Shown piece after piece: positions 1-7,705 of a stretch of 28,637 nucleotides of DNA. The notes under the pieces were generated by a model that was not told the DNA's origin, did no database searches, and saw nothing but the letters and a program-made list of their open reading frames with translations. Source of the DNA: a virus (Duplodnaviria; Heunggongvirae; Uroviricota; Caudoviricetes); the IMG/VR virus record IMGVR_UViG_3300021387_000076. One strand, given 5' to 3'. The position numbers and the translations under genes are program-made. The first letter of the stretch is position 1. The number at the start of each line of letters is the position of its first letter.

Positions 1-34
1 GAAAGTCAATTGCTTTAACGGTGACAAGTGCCAT
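1..34 (-). CDS. Hypothetical protein, N-terminus only (MALVTVKAIDF...), truncated by the window edge
   Basis: ATG at 34 preceded by AAGGAGG (minus strand aaggaggtttcatcATG); open to the edge. Confidence 0.6.
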   Translation of the reverse strand, partial: MALVTVKAIDF

Positions 35-50
35 GATGAAACCTCCTTAA

Positions 51-263
51 TTAATATTCGTCTTCATAGAACCATTTGTAATCATGAAGCTGACCATCAA
101 ATTCCATAACTACAGTTTCATAGTTTTCACGGTGTTCAACCTTGTACAGCCATGCGGATCCTACGGCTGTGTTAAAGCCGAATTTGAATGCTACGATGGC
201 TGTGCAGATTAGGGTTACCAGGATCAGGAATATTGGTGCAATGTTTTCCTTGAGCTCTTTCAT
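51..263 (-). CDS. Small hypothetical membrane protein (70 aa)
   Basis: RBS aaaggagg; N-terminal hydrophobic helix IAPIFLILVTLICTAIVAF; overlaps the stop of the upstream gene. Confidence 0.8.
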   Translation of the reverse strand: MKELKENIAPIFLILVTLICTAIVAFKFGFNTAVGSAWLYKVEHRENYETVVMEFDGQLHDYKWFYEDEY

Positions 264-487
264 GCGGGGACCTCCTTTAAATAATTTGTCAGGACTTTTA
301 CTCTGTTTGCTTTCGACCTGTCATAGCTGTGAAAGCTCAGAGATTCGTAGCGCAGCTCACTTAGCCTGCGTGTGAAGGTCTTATGGTCTTTCTCCTGAAT
401 GAGAATGACCTCACCTTCATAGTATCTGTTTGTTCCATTGACGCGGGTAATGGTGTAGACCGTACCGTCAATGGTCTTTTCGAACAT
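260..487 (-). CDS. Hypothetical protein (75 aa, MFEKTIDG...)
   Basis: Start moved from track position 544 to ATG 487, which follows aggaggaggtcgt. Confidence 0.8.
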   Translation of the reverse strand: MFEKTIDGTVYTITRVNGTNRYYEGEVILIQEKDHKTFTRRLSELRYESLSFHSYDRSKANRVKVLTNYLKEVPA

Positions 488-517
488 ACGACCTCCTCCT
501 ATTGCGATAATTTGTAA

Positions 518-855
518 GCAACGTCGTAGCGATGTTTGCTTCACCGCTTACGGCGAGCTGCCCCGCAGCGAGCACGCTGGAATAAGCACTCCTACAACAA
601 AGGGGTGTGCCTCGCATGCTTGTGATCTGCTGTCTTCGAAGCGCATCTCGCAAGCTTGCTCGATACCCTCACGTGGTGAGTGTGGTAAGCGGTGCACGGC
701 TTGCTGCAGCCGCCATGCGGCGGGGTGTTTGCACTCTTGCAAGTTTGTCTGGTTCTGGCGCGCCTCACGACTTGCATGAGTTGGGACAAGCAGTGAGGCG
801 CCAAAAGGTGGCGCCTGAGGAGCAATGGGGGAGGGTCAGGAGAAGAGTGCATAGG
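518..855 (+). ncRNA. Candidate structured RNA of unknown family
   Basis: GC-rich intergenic stretch with nested stems (542-551/685-694; 730-738/843-851); the stems checked contain G-U pairs valid only on the + strand. Confidence 0.45.
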
Positions 856-915
856 AAAAAATTCCTAAGCACTAATTCCAATACACTGAATAAGTGCATT
901 GGAATTAATGTTTAG

Positions 916-949
916 AAAAAGCCACTCCCGGTTTTGCACCGGGAGTGGC
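916..949 (-). terminator. Intrinsic terminator downstream of the NADAR gene
   Basis: Perfect 12-bp stem 921-932/938-949 followed by a T5 run on the minus strand. Confidence 0.85.
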
Positions 950-972
950 GTGTTGTACTTAAAACAGATAAA

Positions 973-1602
973 TTATTGTGCTTTGTGCTGATTGCAATAT
1001 TCTATGCATGCTTTGTTTCTGTAAACATGTCCATTAACAATTGTGTAAGCTGGATATTTATATTCATAGTTTATGTAATCCAACTGCCAGATTGCCTCAA
1101 GACCACTAAACTCTTCACGTTTTACATATTCTTCATATCTCGTTTTATAACGTGCCATTACTTTTGTTACAAGCGTTGCCTTGCGTATAAGTGCAAGGAT
1201 AATACCAAGATTCACTTCATCTTTTCCGTGATTTGCTAACCAGTAAGCTTCTCCGCAATAGTCCTCATCGATAAGAATTGCATCTCCGGTTGCATTTAAC
1301 TTTTCAAGAAGATCTGGGTTCTGCTCGAATTTCCTTTGCAAGACCCAAAGCATTTCAAGTTTCTTTGTCTCAGGATCCCAACGCTTAAGATCTTCTGCGG
1401 ACATCGATATATCATTTCCTATTTTTCTGGCAGTGTATCCATCTACGCCAACAAAAAGATGAGCCATGTCGGGTTTCTTCTGGGCCTGAAAAGCTGCTTT
1501 AGCACAATCGAACACAAGACCATTGTATTCAATCTTGCAAGGGAACATGTTACTAAGGAAATAATATTCACCAACAAACTTATCAATAACTTCAAACTTC
1601 AT
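973..1602 (-). CDS. NADAR (YbiA/DUF1768)-family protein with divergent active-site motifs and a C-terminal extension
   Basis: F.GEYYFLSN.FPC.I.YNG..F...AAFQAQK and M..VL.RKF.QNPDL.EKL.ATGD..LI family motifs; start at 1602 after aaggagg. Confidence 0.8.
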   Translation of the reverse strand: MKFEVIDKFVGEYYFLSNMFPCKIEYNGLVFDCAKAAFQAQKKPDMAHLFVGVDGYTARKIGNDISMSAEDLKRWDPETKKLEMLWVLQRKFEQNPDLLEKLNATGDAILIDEDYCGEAYWLANHGKDEVNLGIILALIRKATLVTKVMARYKTRYEEYVKREEFSGLEAIWQLDYINYEYKYPAYTIVNGHVYRNKACIEYCNQHKAQ

Positions 1603-1629
1603 AATTATCCTCCTTCTTGATAAAGACAA

Positions 1630-1657
1630 GGCTCCGTGCTACAATATGCACGGAGCC
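1630..1657. terminator. Hairpin or terminator between the RNase H and NADAR genes
   Basis: 10-bp stem ggctccgtgc/gcacggagcc. Confidence 0.55.
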
Positions 1658-1669
1658 GTTCTTGTGTGG

Positions 1670-2908
1670 TTACTTGGCGGCTGCTACTGCGGCGCGAGCA
1701 AGAGCGTCGCATTTTTCATTGAGGTTGATACCAGAATGACCTTCGACCTTGAGAATAGTCACGTCGTGCTTCTTGAATTCGATTGCAAGCTTTTCGAGCA
1801 AGTCCTTATTTGCTGCAGGCTTACCGGCTGCAGTCTTGAAACCACGCTCAATCATCGCAGGCGCACGAGTCACGACTTGAGAGTCGGTATGTACAAGAAC
1901 ATTGCAGCGCTTCTTAAGCGCGGCAAGCCCTTCAATAACAGCTGTCATCTCTGCACGGTTGTTGGTCTGGTCTCCTTCGACGATACCGTTAAGTTCCTTC
2001 TGTTTGTCACCAAAGCAAAGGACGGCACCCCAGCCGGCCTTTGCGTTTTCATTGCCGTTATTGGAACATGCGCCATCAACCCAAAGCTCAACAGTCGGAA
2101 TTGCTGCTTCACTTGAAACCTTTACGGGAGCAGGAGCTGTAGGCTTCTTCGTCATTGCCTGAGCAGTCTTATTAAGAAAGCTCTGGTTTCCTGTTGTGTA
2201 ATAAGCCGGTACATTGCGCTGATCAGCGCGAGTGAGGAAAGCGATGGCTTCATCAAGAGTAACTTCCTTGGTGGACTTTGTTTCATTGATGATATAGCTG
2301 ACGTTGACTTTCATAGTATTCTCCTCCTTCTTTGTGATGACAGGTTTATTGGCAGCAACAGGCGCGGATGCAGACTTGGCAATTTTGGTTTCAACGGATG
2401 TAGTCATTACTTCTTCCTCCTCATTGTCAACGAGGGCATCTTCCTCGTTGTATTCGTCTACATAAAAAGAACCGTCGTCTTCGTCTTCGGGCGGCATCTC
2501 GAACGCTGCTTCAAAAGATTCAGCGATGGCTTCAGGGGCTTCATGCATTTGTCTTTCGGTAGGCAGTTTGAAGTCTTTCGGCAGTCGCTTTCCATGTATT
2601 TCGTGGAAAGTTATCATATCGAGATAGTCTTTGAGAACTTTTTCAGAGCATTTGCTCTCAAAGACTTTGTAGTTACATATCATCCGCCAATCCTTCGGCA
2701 GAAGCATGAAGGTGACTTCGCTATTGACTTTCAGCTTACCGAGTCCTTCAATCATAGCAGTAACAAGAAGACTGCTATAATTAAAGTTATCATCATTGTT
2801 TCCAGAAAGATCGATAACTTTCTTACCGACAATAATGATGGACGACCAGCCAATAGGATGTTTTTCTTCATTGACAACAACACTAGGTATAATTAAACTT
2901 TTAATCAT
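1670..2908 (-). CDS. rnhA: RNase HI (C-terminal domain) with a degenerate N-terminal RNase H-like domain and an acidic linker
   Basis: C-terminal VDGACS.N...GWG, TNNRAEM.A.IEGL, HTDS, GHSG..LNE.CD.LA motifs with the catalytic D/E/D/D present; RBS aggagg. Confidence 0.9.
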   Translation of the reverse strand: MIKSLIIPSVVVNEEKHPIGWSSIIIVGKKVIDLSGNNDDNFNYSSLLVTAMIEGLGKLKVNSEVTFMLLPKDWRMICNYKVFESKCSEKVLKDYLDMITFHEIHGKRLPKDFKLPTERQMHEAPEAIAESFEAAFEMPPEDEDDGSFYVDEYNEEDALVDNEEEEVMTTSVETKIAKSASAPVAANKPVITKKEENTMKVNVSYIINETKSTKEVTLDEAIAFLTRADQRNVPAYYTTGNQSFLNKTAQAMTKKPTAPAPVKVSSEAAIPTVELWVDGACSNNGNENAKAGWGAVLCFGDKQKELNGIVEGDQTNNRAEMTAVIEGLAALKKRCNVLVHTDSQVVTRAPAMIERGFKTAAGKPAANKDLLEKLAIEFKKHDVTILKVEGHSGINLNEKCDALARAAVAAAK

Positions 2909-2949
2909 AAAAAAATAGACCTCCTATATTTTTTGAAAGGTATGATATT

Positions 2950-3240
2950 ATGGTACGAACAATTGAAATTTTCTGGATGATCAATGATCAAGAATACAGA
3001 CATTACACTACAGACATTGAGAAAGCGATATCATTCCTGTACAAGGCTCGCTTTCACAAAGAAGTGCAAGTCGCCGTAGCTTCTTATATCATGGATCAAT
3101 CCGGTCATCATCGAATGTTTTCCATTGACAAGCGCGGATGCTTAACCGATGAAACAGACATCGATGATGCACCACCGACGAAGCCAGGTGATCCTGGTTG
3201 GGATCCAGAGCTTACAGAGTGGTTTTACGAGGACGACTAA
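2950..3240 (+). CDS. Hypothetical protein (96 aa), the only + strand gene in the left arm
   Basis: gaaaggg RBS; stop immediately followed by a terminator. Confidence 0.7.
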   Translation: MVRTIEIFWMINDQEYRHYTTDIEKAISFLYKARFHKEVQVAVASYIMDQSGHHRMFSIDKRGCLTDETDIDDAPPTKPGDPGWDPELTEWFYEDD

Positions 3241-3267
3241 AAGGCTGGGCTTTGCGGCCCAGCCTTT
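3240..3267. terminator. Bidirectional terminator between converging genes
   Basis: aaaggctgggc-tttgcg-gcccagccttt perfect stem with A/T flanks. Confidence 0.8.
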
Positions 3268-3278
3268 GTCGTCCATTT

Positions 3279-6158
3279 TTACAGTGCATTGTTTTCCGCG
3301 TTCTCCGCCCAGACTTCGCCGAAGACATCAAAGCAGAACAGGATGAACTTGTCATCTTTGGTGTCGTTATGACCGGCGAGAGTGATAACAGTGCGGAGTG
3401 CGGAATTGCCGGCAGCATGCAGAGCTTCTTCATAAGACATGTCTGCATACTTTTCATTCAGCTTGAAGTAAGAAGTTACAACATTCTGAATACGGGCAAT
3501 CTGTTCTACATAGTGTCCGCTCTTGGCGAATTCATCATCCTCGTTCTTAGAGAACACAGAAAAGCTTTCGCCGTAGAGCATGTGGCAAAGATGAAGGAGA
3601 TCCTCAAAGCTGGCATTACCTTCTGTCAAATCCCGCATGATCGTAACTGCATTGTCGGTGTTCGGTCTTCCGATGATTCGGAGCTCGCTCATGAGGTCAG
3701 GAGTGATAACAGCTTTGCGAGGCTGATATCCTTTCAGATACCTCTGGTCGAGGAATAGCTCCAGATCAGGATTCAGTTCAGTAGCGTCGAGTTTAAGTTC
3801 AACGCTGCTGTACTTTTCACAAATGCCACCGATACGGTCTACAGTTCCATTCATGGGTTTGAGACCGCGCTTGTCATTGTCCCACTCTTCGCAGTCCCAG
3901 CGCTTGCATGTGTACATCTTAGTTGTGGGATCTTTCAGATTGACTGGACTGTGATCCCTATAACGCTGATTATAGGGTGTTCCAGAATACTCTTCTTCGA
4001 ATTGCTCATCGATAAAGTCGAGAGCGTAAGTCTTCTGGCTATCAACAGCCTCGTTGACTTTTTGCGCTGCATAACCGGCAGCACGAAGAAGGTCGCGAAC
4101 AGTCTTTATCTCATCACCGCTGTCGTACACAATGGCGTCAAGTCCATCTTTCAGAATTTCTTCAGGAGTGGATTGGATCATTGTCCATACAGTACGTACA
4201 ATGTTGCTGTACGGGCCGACCATGTTAAACGCTTTACATTTAACTATGCATTCAACTGCCTGATCAATGAAGTCTTCCCTCGTTGTTCCAACAGGACATC
4301 CCTCTGCAGACTTGGGGTCATAATACAGAGGAATGATGTGGAACTTCTTCTTAATGTTTTCAGCAATGGCAGCAAGTCGCTCGCTGAAAACAATAGTCGC
4401 ATGGTCACCATCTACGTCGAACATGAGAATTCTCGGCGTAAGATCGTGACCATTGATAACACAAACATGTTCAGGAAGCCAATTCTGAAGCCATGCATTA
4501 TTGACAAGGCTCAGGATGGCCCATTCCATGTAAGCGTGAGGATACCGCAGGAGCGATATCCTTCCACTTATTCTGGGGCAGTCGGGGATGAAGACTTCGC
4601 CGGGTCTGAGCAGGCCGGCGAAGTTATTGTTGATATCGATGCCCAGCCATGCATCGCACATGAGCGCCGGGTCATCGATGAGATACGCGCTGACGCCAGG
4701 CATCTTCACCGATCCACCTGCAATCTTGCACCAGCGGCTTTCTTTAATTTGAGCCACTTTGCGCAAAATTGCGGGGATGCCGATAAGCTCTGAATCAAGC
4801 GCAATACATTGCGCAAGCCCAGTCTTGTCGGACAGTTCTTCTGCGAAGTCTTCACGCAAAAGCGCAGCCGCACCTTCGAGTGTGTCGGCAGCATTCACTT
4901 TGTCAAGCGCCGGCTTGACAAAACTGGTCAGCTGTTTGTTTGTAATTGCAAACAGCGAATTCCAGCACTGCCTTGCGACATTGACCGTTTTCTTTTCTAC
5001 TACGTTCATCGCGCAGATATAGAATTCGGTCAACCCGAGCTCCTCGGACGCAGCGACACAGTCGTTCCAGTGGGCAAACACTTTGCCCAATTTCCAGGAA
5101 TCGAGTGTCGTCAAGAGATCCCAGTCTTCTTCTGCGAGGTTATGCTTAACCCCGTATATATCTGTTACGATTGGATCCATTCCGCGATACTGAGCCCAGC
5201 TGATGATATCGAAACATACCATCAAGCCTTTGAAGCCCATGTATCTGAGCTGACATGCAAGCTTGCCGAACTTGCGCGGATTGCCGATTGACTGACCATC
5301 GCCAAATGCACGATCGAGATCAGTACGGAATACTTCTTTCTGATCATTGAGACCGCGCATTTCTTTTACAAGGCCAGACAACGTTCTTTTCGCCTTTGGC
5401 ATAATGATGACCTTTTTAGGATCAATCTTTCGTCCATCGGCAAAGAACTTACTGGAGGGGATTGCGGACGACGTGTATAGCCCGCGCATCTGCATGATCT
5501 GCTTAGGGAAGACGATCTTCCCGTTTGTCAGATCATTCATTCGCTTCGGAGACAGTCCGAACCATGAAGCTTTTCTGATCTGGGGCAGCTGCCATGCTTC
5601 GGATGAAATGAAATATCCACTCATCTTCTTCAAACCAGCAGGCGGGCTGGTGAAGAATGAGTATTGGATTTCCAGGTCCTCAACTCTTGCCTTCACTCCA
5701 TGGGACAAGAGCTTCTTAACGAAAGTTCTCTGCGCTCTGTCGAGAAGATCATTGATATAGATCTTCTGAGCAGGCGAAGAATATTTCTTCGCTAATCCCG
5801 AGAAGCGAATTCCGAGGTCATATTTAATATCCGCAATATCTGCGGTGACCCCATCTTCGCTTGGGATAAGCAGATCCAGCATGATGCTGGACGGGAGAGT
5901 TGTGAACTCCACCCGATCGCAGTAAAAGCTGGAAGAACGTCTGCTCATCATATCGATAAACTTCTTCAGACTTTCGATGAAAGCAGAACCGTTCTGTGCA
6001 GTCTGTACTGCACTGAGTGCTGAAAGCTCCGCTTCGTCAAGGCACTCCTTGACATTGATAAGCGGAGCTTTATAATAGCACATGTGAAGTTTTTCCGGAT
6101 ATTCGGGATATCCGGGAAAATTCACGGTAGGGGCGAGGAGACGAAGATTAATACTCAT
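3279..6158 (-). CDS. Single-subunit two-barrel DNA-dependent RNA polymerase (YonO/QDE-1-like), putative non-virion RNAP, 959 aa
   Basis: D287GQS...Q303LRYMGFKG, R538YP and catalytic D581VDGD in the family order; RBS aaggag. Confidence 0.85.
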   Translation of the reverse strand: MSINLRLLAPTVNFPGYPEYPEKLHMCYYKAPLINVKECLDEAELSALSAVQTAQNGSAFIESLKKFIDMMSRRSSSFYCDRVEFTTLPSSIMLDLLIPSEDGVTADIADIKYDLGIRFSGLAKKYSSPAQKIYINDLLDRAQRTFVKKLLSHGVKARVEDLEIQYSFFTSPPAGLKKMSGYFISSEAWQLPQIRKASWFGLSPKRMNDLTNGKIVFPKQIMQMRGLYTSSAIPSSKFFADGRKIDPKKVIIMPKAKRTLSGLVKEMRGLNDQKEVFRTDLDRAFGDGQSIGNPRKFGKLACQLRYMGFKGLMVCFDIISWAQYRGMDPIVTDIYGVKHNLAEEDWDLLTTLDSWKLGKVFAHWNDCVAASEELGLTEFYICAMNVVEKKTVNVARQCWNSLFAITNKQLTSFVKPALDKVNAADTLEGAAALLREDFAEELSDKTGLAQCIALDSELIGIPAILRKVAQIKESRWCKIAGGSVKMPGVSAYLIDDPALMCDAWLGIDINNNFAGLLRPGEVFIPDCPRISGRISLLRYPHAYMEWAILSLVNNAWLQNWLPEHVCVINGHDLTPRILMFDVDGDHATIVFSERLAAIAENIKKKFHIIPLYYDPKSAEGCPVGTTREDFIDQAVECIVKCKAFNMVGPYSNIVRTVWTMIQSTPEEILKDGLDAIVYDSGDEIKTVRDLLRAAGYAAQKVNEAVDSQKTYALDFIDEQFEEEYSGTPYNQRYRDHSPVNLKDPTTKMYTCKRWDCEEWDNDKRGLKPMNGTVDRIGGICEKYSSVELKLDATELNPDLELFLDQRYLKGYQPRKAVITPDLMSELRIIGRPNTDNAVTIMRDLTEGNASFEDLLHLCHMLYGESFSVFSKNEDDEFAKSGHYVEQIARIQNVVTSYFKLNEKYADMSYEEALHAAGNSALRTVITLAGHNDTKDDKFILFCFDVFGEVWAENAENNAL

Positions 6159-6271
6159 AGTAGACTCCTTTCAAGTCGATTAGTTGGGTAGCGCGTTGTT
6201 GCCTACCTCCGTTTGAACTGGTCAGCACGCGAAGCCGAAGCTTCACGCCCCCTTGTAACAGATCAATGTTG

Positions 6272-6300
6272 TTGACTGTTGCAAAACGGCAGGCTATAAT
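6272..6300 (+). promoter_or_regulatory. Consensus sigma70/SigA promoter, antisense to the leftward operon
   Basis: TTGACT (6272-6277), 17-nt spacer, TATAAT (6295-6300); lies within a 13-bp inverted repeat (6263-6275/6323-6335). Confidence 0.75.
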
Positions 6301-6350
6301 GAAACATGCCGGAATGCACAAATCAACAACATTGACTAGGGTAATGGGGA

Positions 6351-6479
6351 TCATGCTCCCCATTCATCGTACTCGATGGTGTAATCCGTCAAGCCAATGA
6401 GTTCCGCATACCGGACCAGAGTATTACGGTACTTCGACTCGTTACGGATGTTGCCATCCTCATCGATGAGTATGTACAT
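6351..6479 (-). CDS. 42-aa microprotein MYILIDEDGNIRNESKYRNTLVRYAELIGLTDYTIEYDEWGA (not in the ORF track)
   Basis: gaaaggaggtggcaatATG RBS; manual translation. Confidence 0.75.
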   Translation of the reverse strand: MYILIDEDGNIRNESKYRNTLVRYAELIGLTDYTIEYDEWGA

Positions 6480-6589
6480 ATTGCCACCTCCTTTCGGTCA
6501 ATATGGCGTACTACGCAGTAAGCAGCTAGGCATGAAGCTGCTCCTCGGTGTCTCCGAGGCAATTCAGGTTGTACCAGCAACCTGAAAAA

Positions 6590-6618
6590 GGCGTCTGCTT
6601 TTCGGCAGGCGTCTTTTT
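6590..6618 (+). terminator. Intrinsic terminator on the + strand
   Basis: ggcgtctgc/gcaggcgtc stem with two G-U pairs valid on +, then T5. Confidence 0.75.
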
Positions 6619-6667
6619 CAAGTTGCGTAATATTTATATAGCGCCTTACGCAAGGGCGCTTATGTTT

Positions 6668-6931
6668 TTACTCTTCTGGATAGCTGGTCCAGAAGCAACC
6701 AGCCCTATGACCACACGTAATTGACATGTTATCACTGAGGCGGGTTTCCTCGCTGTAGCCGAAATTACTTTCGACGTCAACGTCGTAGTTCAGATAGATG
6801 TTATACGAATCATACGACATTGTAGGCCACGTTGTCTTGAAACCCAATTCGTTGTTAAGCAACACATATCTGAGTATTATAAGTGCATTATTGAATTCCA
6901 CAGCAGTGACAGAAACGTTATTGATTTTCAT
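6668..6931 (-). CDS. Hypothetical protein (87 aa, MKINNVSV...)
   Basis: Start moved to ATG 6931 after ggaggtctcgct. Confidence 0.8.
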   Translation of the reverse strand: MKINNVSVTAVEFNNALIILRYVLLNNELGFKTTWPTMSYDSYNIYLNYDVDVESNFGYSEETRLSDNMSITCGHRAGCFWTSYPEE

Positions 6932-7095
6932 AGCGAGACCTCCACAAAATATTATTTTCTCGTATCGTGAGCTAACGTGTTCTTTTCGCGAACAACTCGT
7001 CACAAACGCAATGGATTCATGCAGTGCATCGTTACACCATTGCAAAGTAGCAGCCTCACTGTTATAATTACAGCGAGGCTGCGGAGTTCATCATC

Positions 7096-7218
7096 TTAGA
7101 AGCAGATAACGAACTCTACCAACAGACCTACAAAAAGGAGGACAGCGAAGACTCCCCAGCACAGATTGCTGAGAAACTCCTCCTTTTCCCATGTTTTCAT
7201 GTAGCGGTAGGGCTTCAT
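7096..7218 (-). CDS. 40-aa single-pass membrane micropeptide MKPYRYMKTWEKEEFLSNLCWGVFAVLLFVGLLVEFVICF (not in the track)
   Basis: aaaggagtttttcATG; C-terminal hydrophobic helix; hairpin at 7051-7081 follows. Confidence 0.7.
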   Translation of the reverse strand: MKPYRYMKTWEKEEFLSNLCWGVFAVLLFVGLLVEFVICF

Positions 7219-7395
7219 GAAAAACTCCTTTCTAGCTCGTTAAGAGCTAAACAAATGGACAGGAACCCAGCGCCTCTTACACTGGGCTCGAGTATCACCG
7301 AGTTACGACCTCGATGATGGTAGGGGCTCCATACCACCACTCCCTTCTGTCCATATGGTGCGCTGTACGCACCTTGTCCTGAGGCTTGACTGCCT

Positions 7396-7438
7396 CAAAG
7401 AAAAAGCCAGTAGTGTTTAGCTACTGGCTTTTTCTTTG
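7396..7438. terminator. Bidirectional terminator
   Basis: Perfect 18-bp inverted repeat 7396-7413/7421-7438 with T-rich tails on both strands. Confidence 0.85.
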
Positions 7439-7449
7439 AAGAAATCAAA

Positions 7450-7477
7450 GGAGCAGTTTAACGTCATACTCCAGGAC
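7450..7477 (-). repeat. 28-nt motif, copy 1 (minus strand GTCCTGGAGTATGACGTTAAACTGCTCC)
   Basis: 26/28 identical to 7706-7733. Confidence 0.85.
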
Positions 7478-7484
7478 TGGAGAA

Positions 7485-7622
7485 TCATACAAGCTTGTAT
7501 ACCCAGAAGTCAAGTTCGGGTGAACCCTCGGTTGCCTCCCATGCCGCCTCCTCGGTGGCATAAGTACCGAACAGCTCTTCCTGCTCGGTGTAGTTGTTAA
7601 AAAAGATAACTGCGTACTTCAT
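7485..7622 (-). CDS. 45-aa acidic microprotein (paralog of 8536-8676)
   Basis: Start moved to ATG 7622 after aaggaggtactttatt. Confidence 0.8.
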   Translation of the reverse strand: MKYAVIFFNNYTEQEELFGTYATEEAAWEATEGSPELDFWVYKLV

Positions 7623-7705
7623 AATAAAGTACCTCCTTAAATATTTTCGTGACGAGCACGATATAAGACACACCGAGCTGATGTGTCTTATGCCACGTTC
7701 GGCAT

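Larger units (their letters stand above)
6307..6618 (+). ncRNA. Candidate cis-antisense sRNA (~310 nt)
   Basis: Bounded by the consensus promoter and a + oriented terminator; 3' half is a run of hairpins; no + ORF with an RBS. Confidence 0.55.

Noticed and set aside
468-915. Overlapping ORFs of 61-102 aa on both strands (468-653, 471-779, 548-742, 592-852, 607-915)
   Set aside because: No RBS, Arg/Cys/Ala-rich composition and mutual overlap; better explained by a GC-rich structured sequence
2871-2893. TTGACA ... TATAAT upstream of the 2950 gene
   Set aside because: The spacer is only 11 nt, incompatible with SigA geometry; the -10 alone may still function but is unsupported
3951-5760. Long + strand ORFs (280, 160 and 137 aa) opposite the RNAP gene
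   Set aside because: Antisense shadows of a real gene; no RBS or recognisable motifs. The same applies to antisense ORFs over terL, portal, capsid, tail tube and the giant ORF
6148-6363. 71-aa minus ORF bridging the 42-aa gene and the RNAP gene
   Set aside because: Has an ATGA overlap but no RBS of its own, and its sequence is occupied by the inverted repeat and promoter; not excluded, but too weak to call
6397-6585. 62-aa + ORF inside the antisense transcript
   Set aside because: No Shine-Dalgarno sequence; overlaps a minus ORF that has a strong RBS
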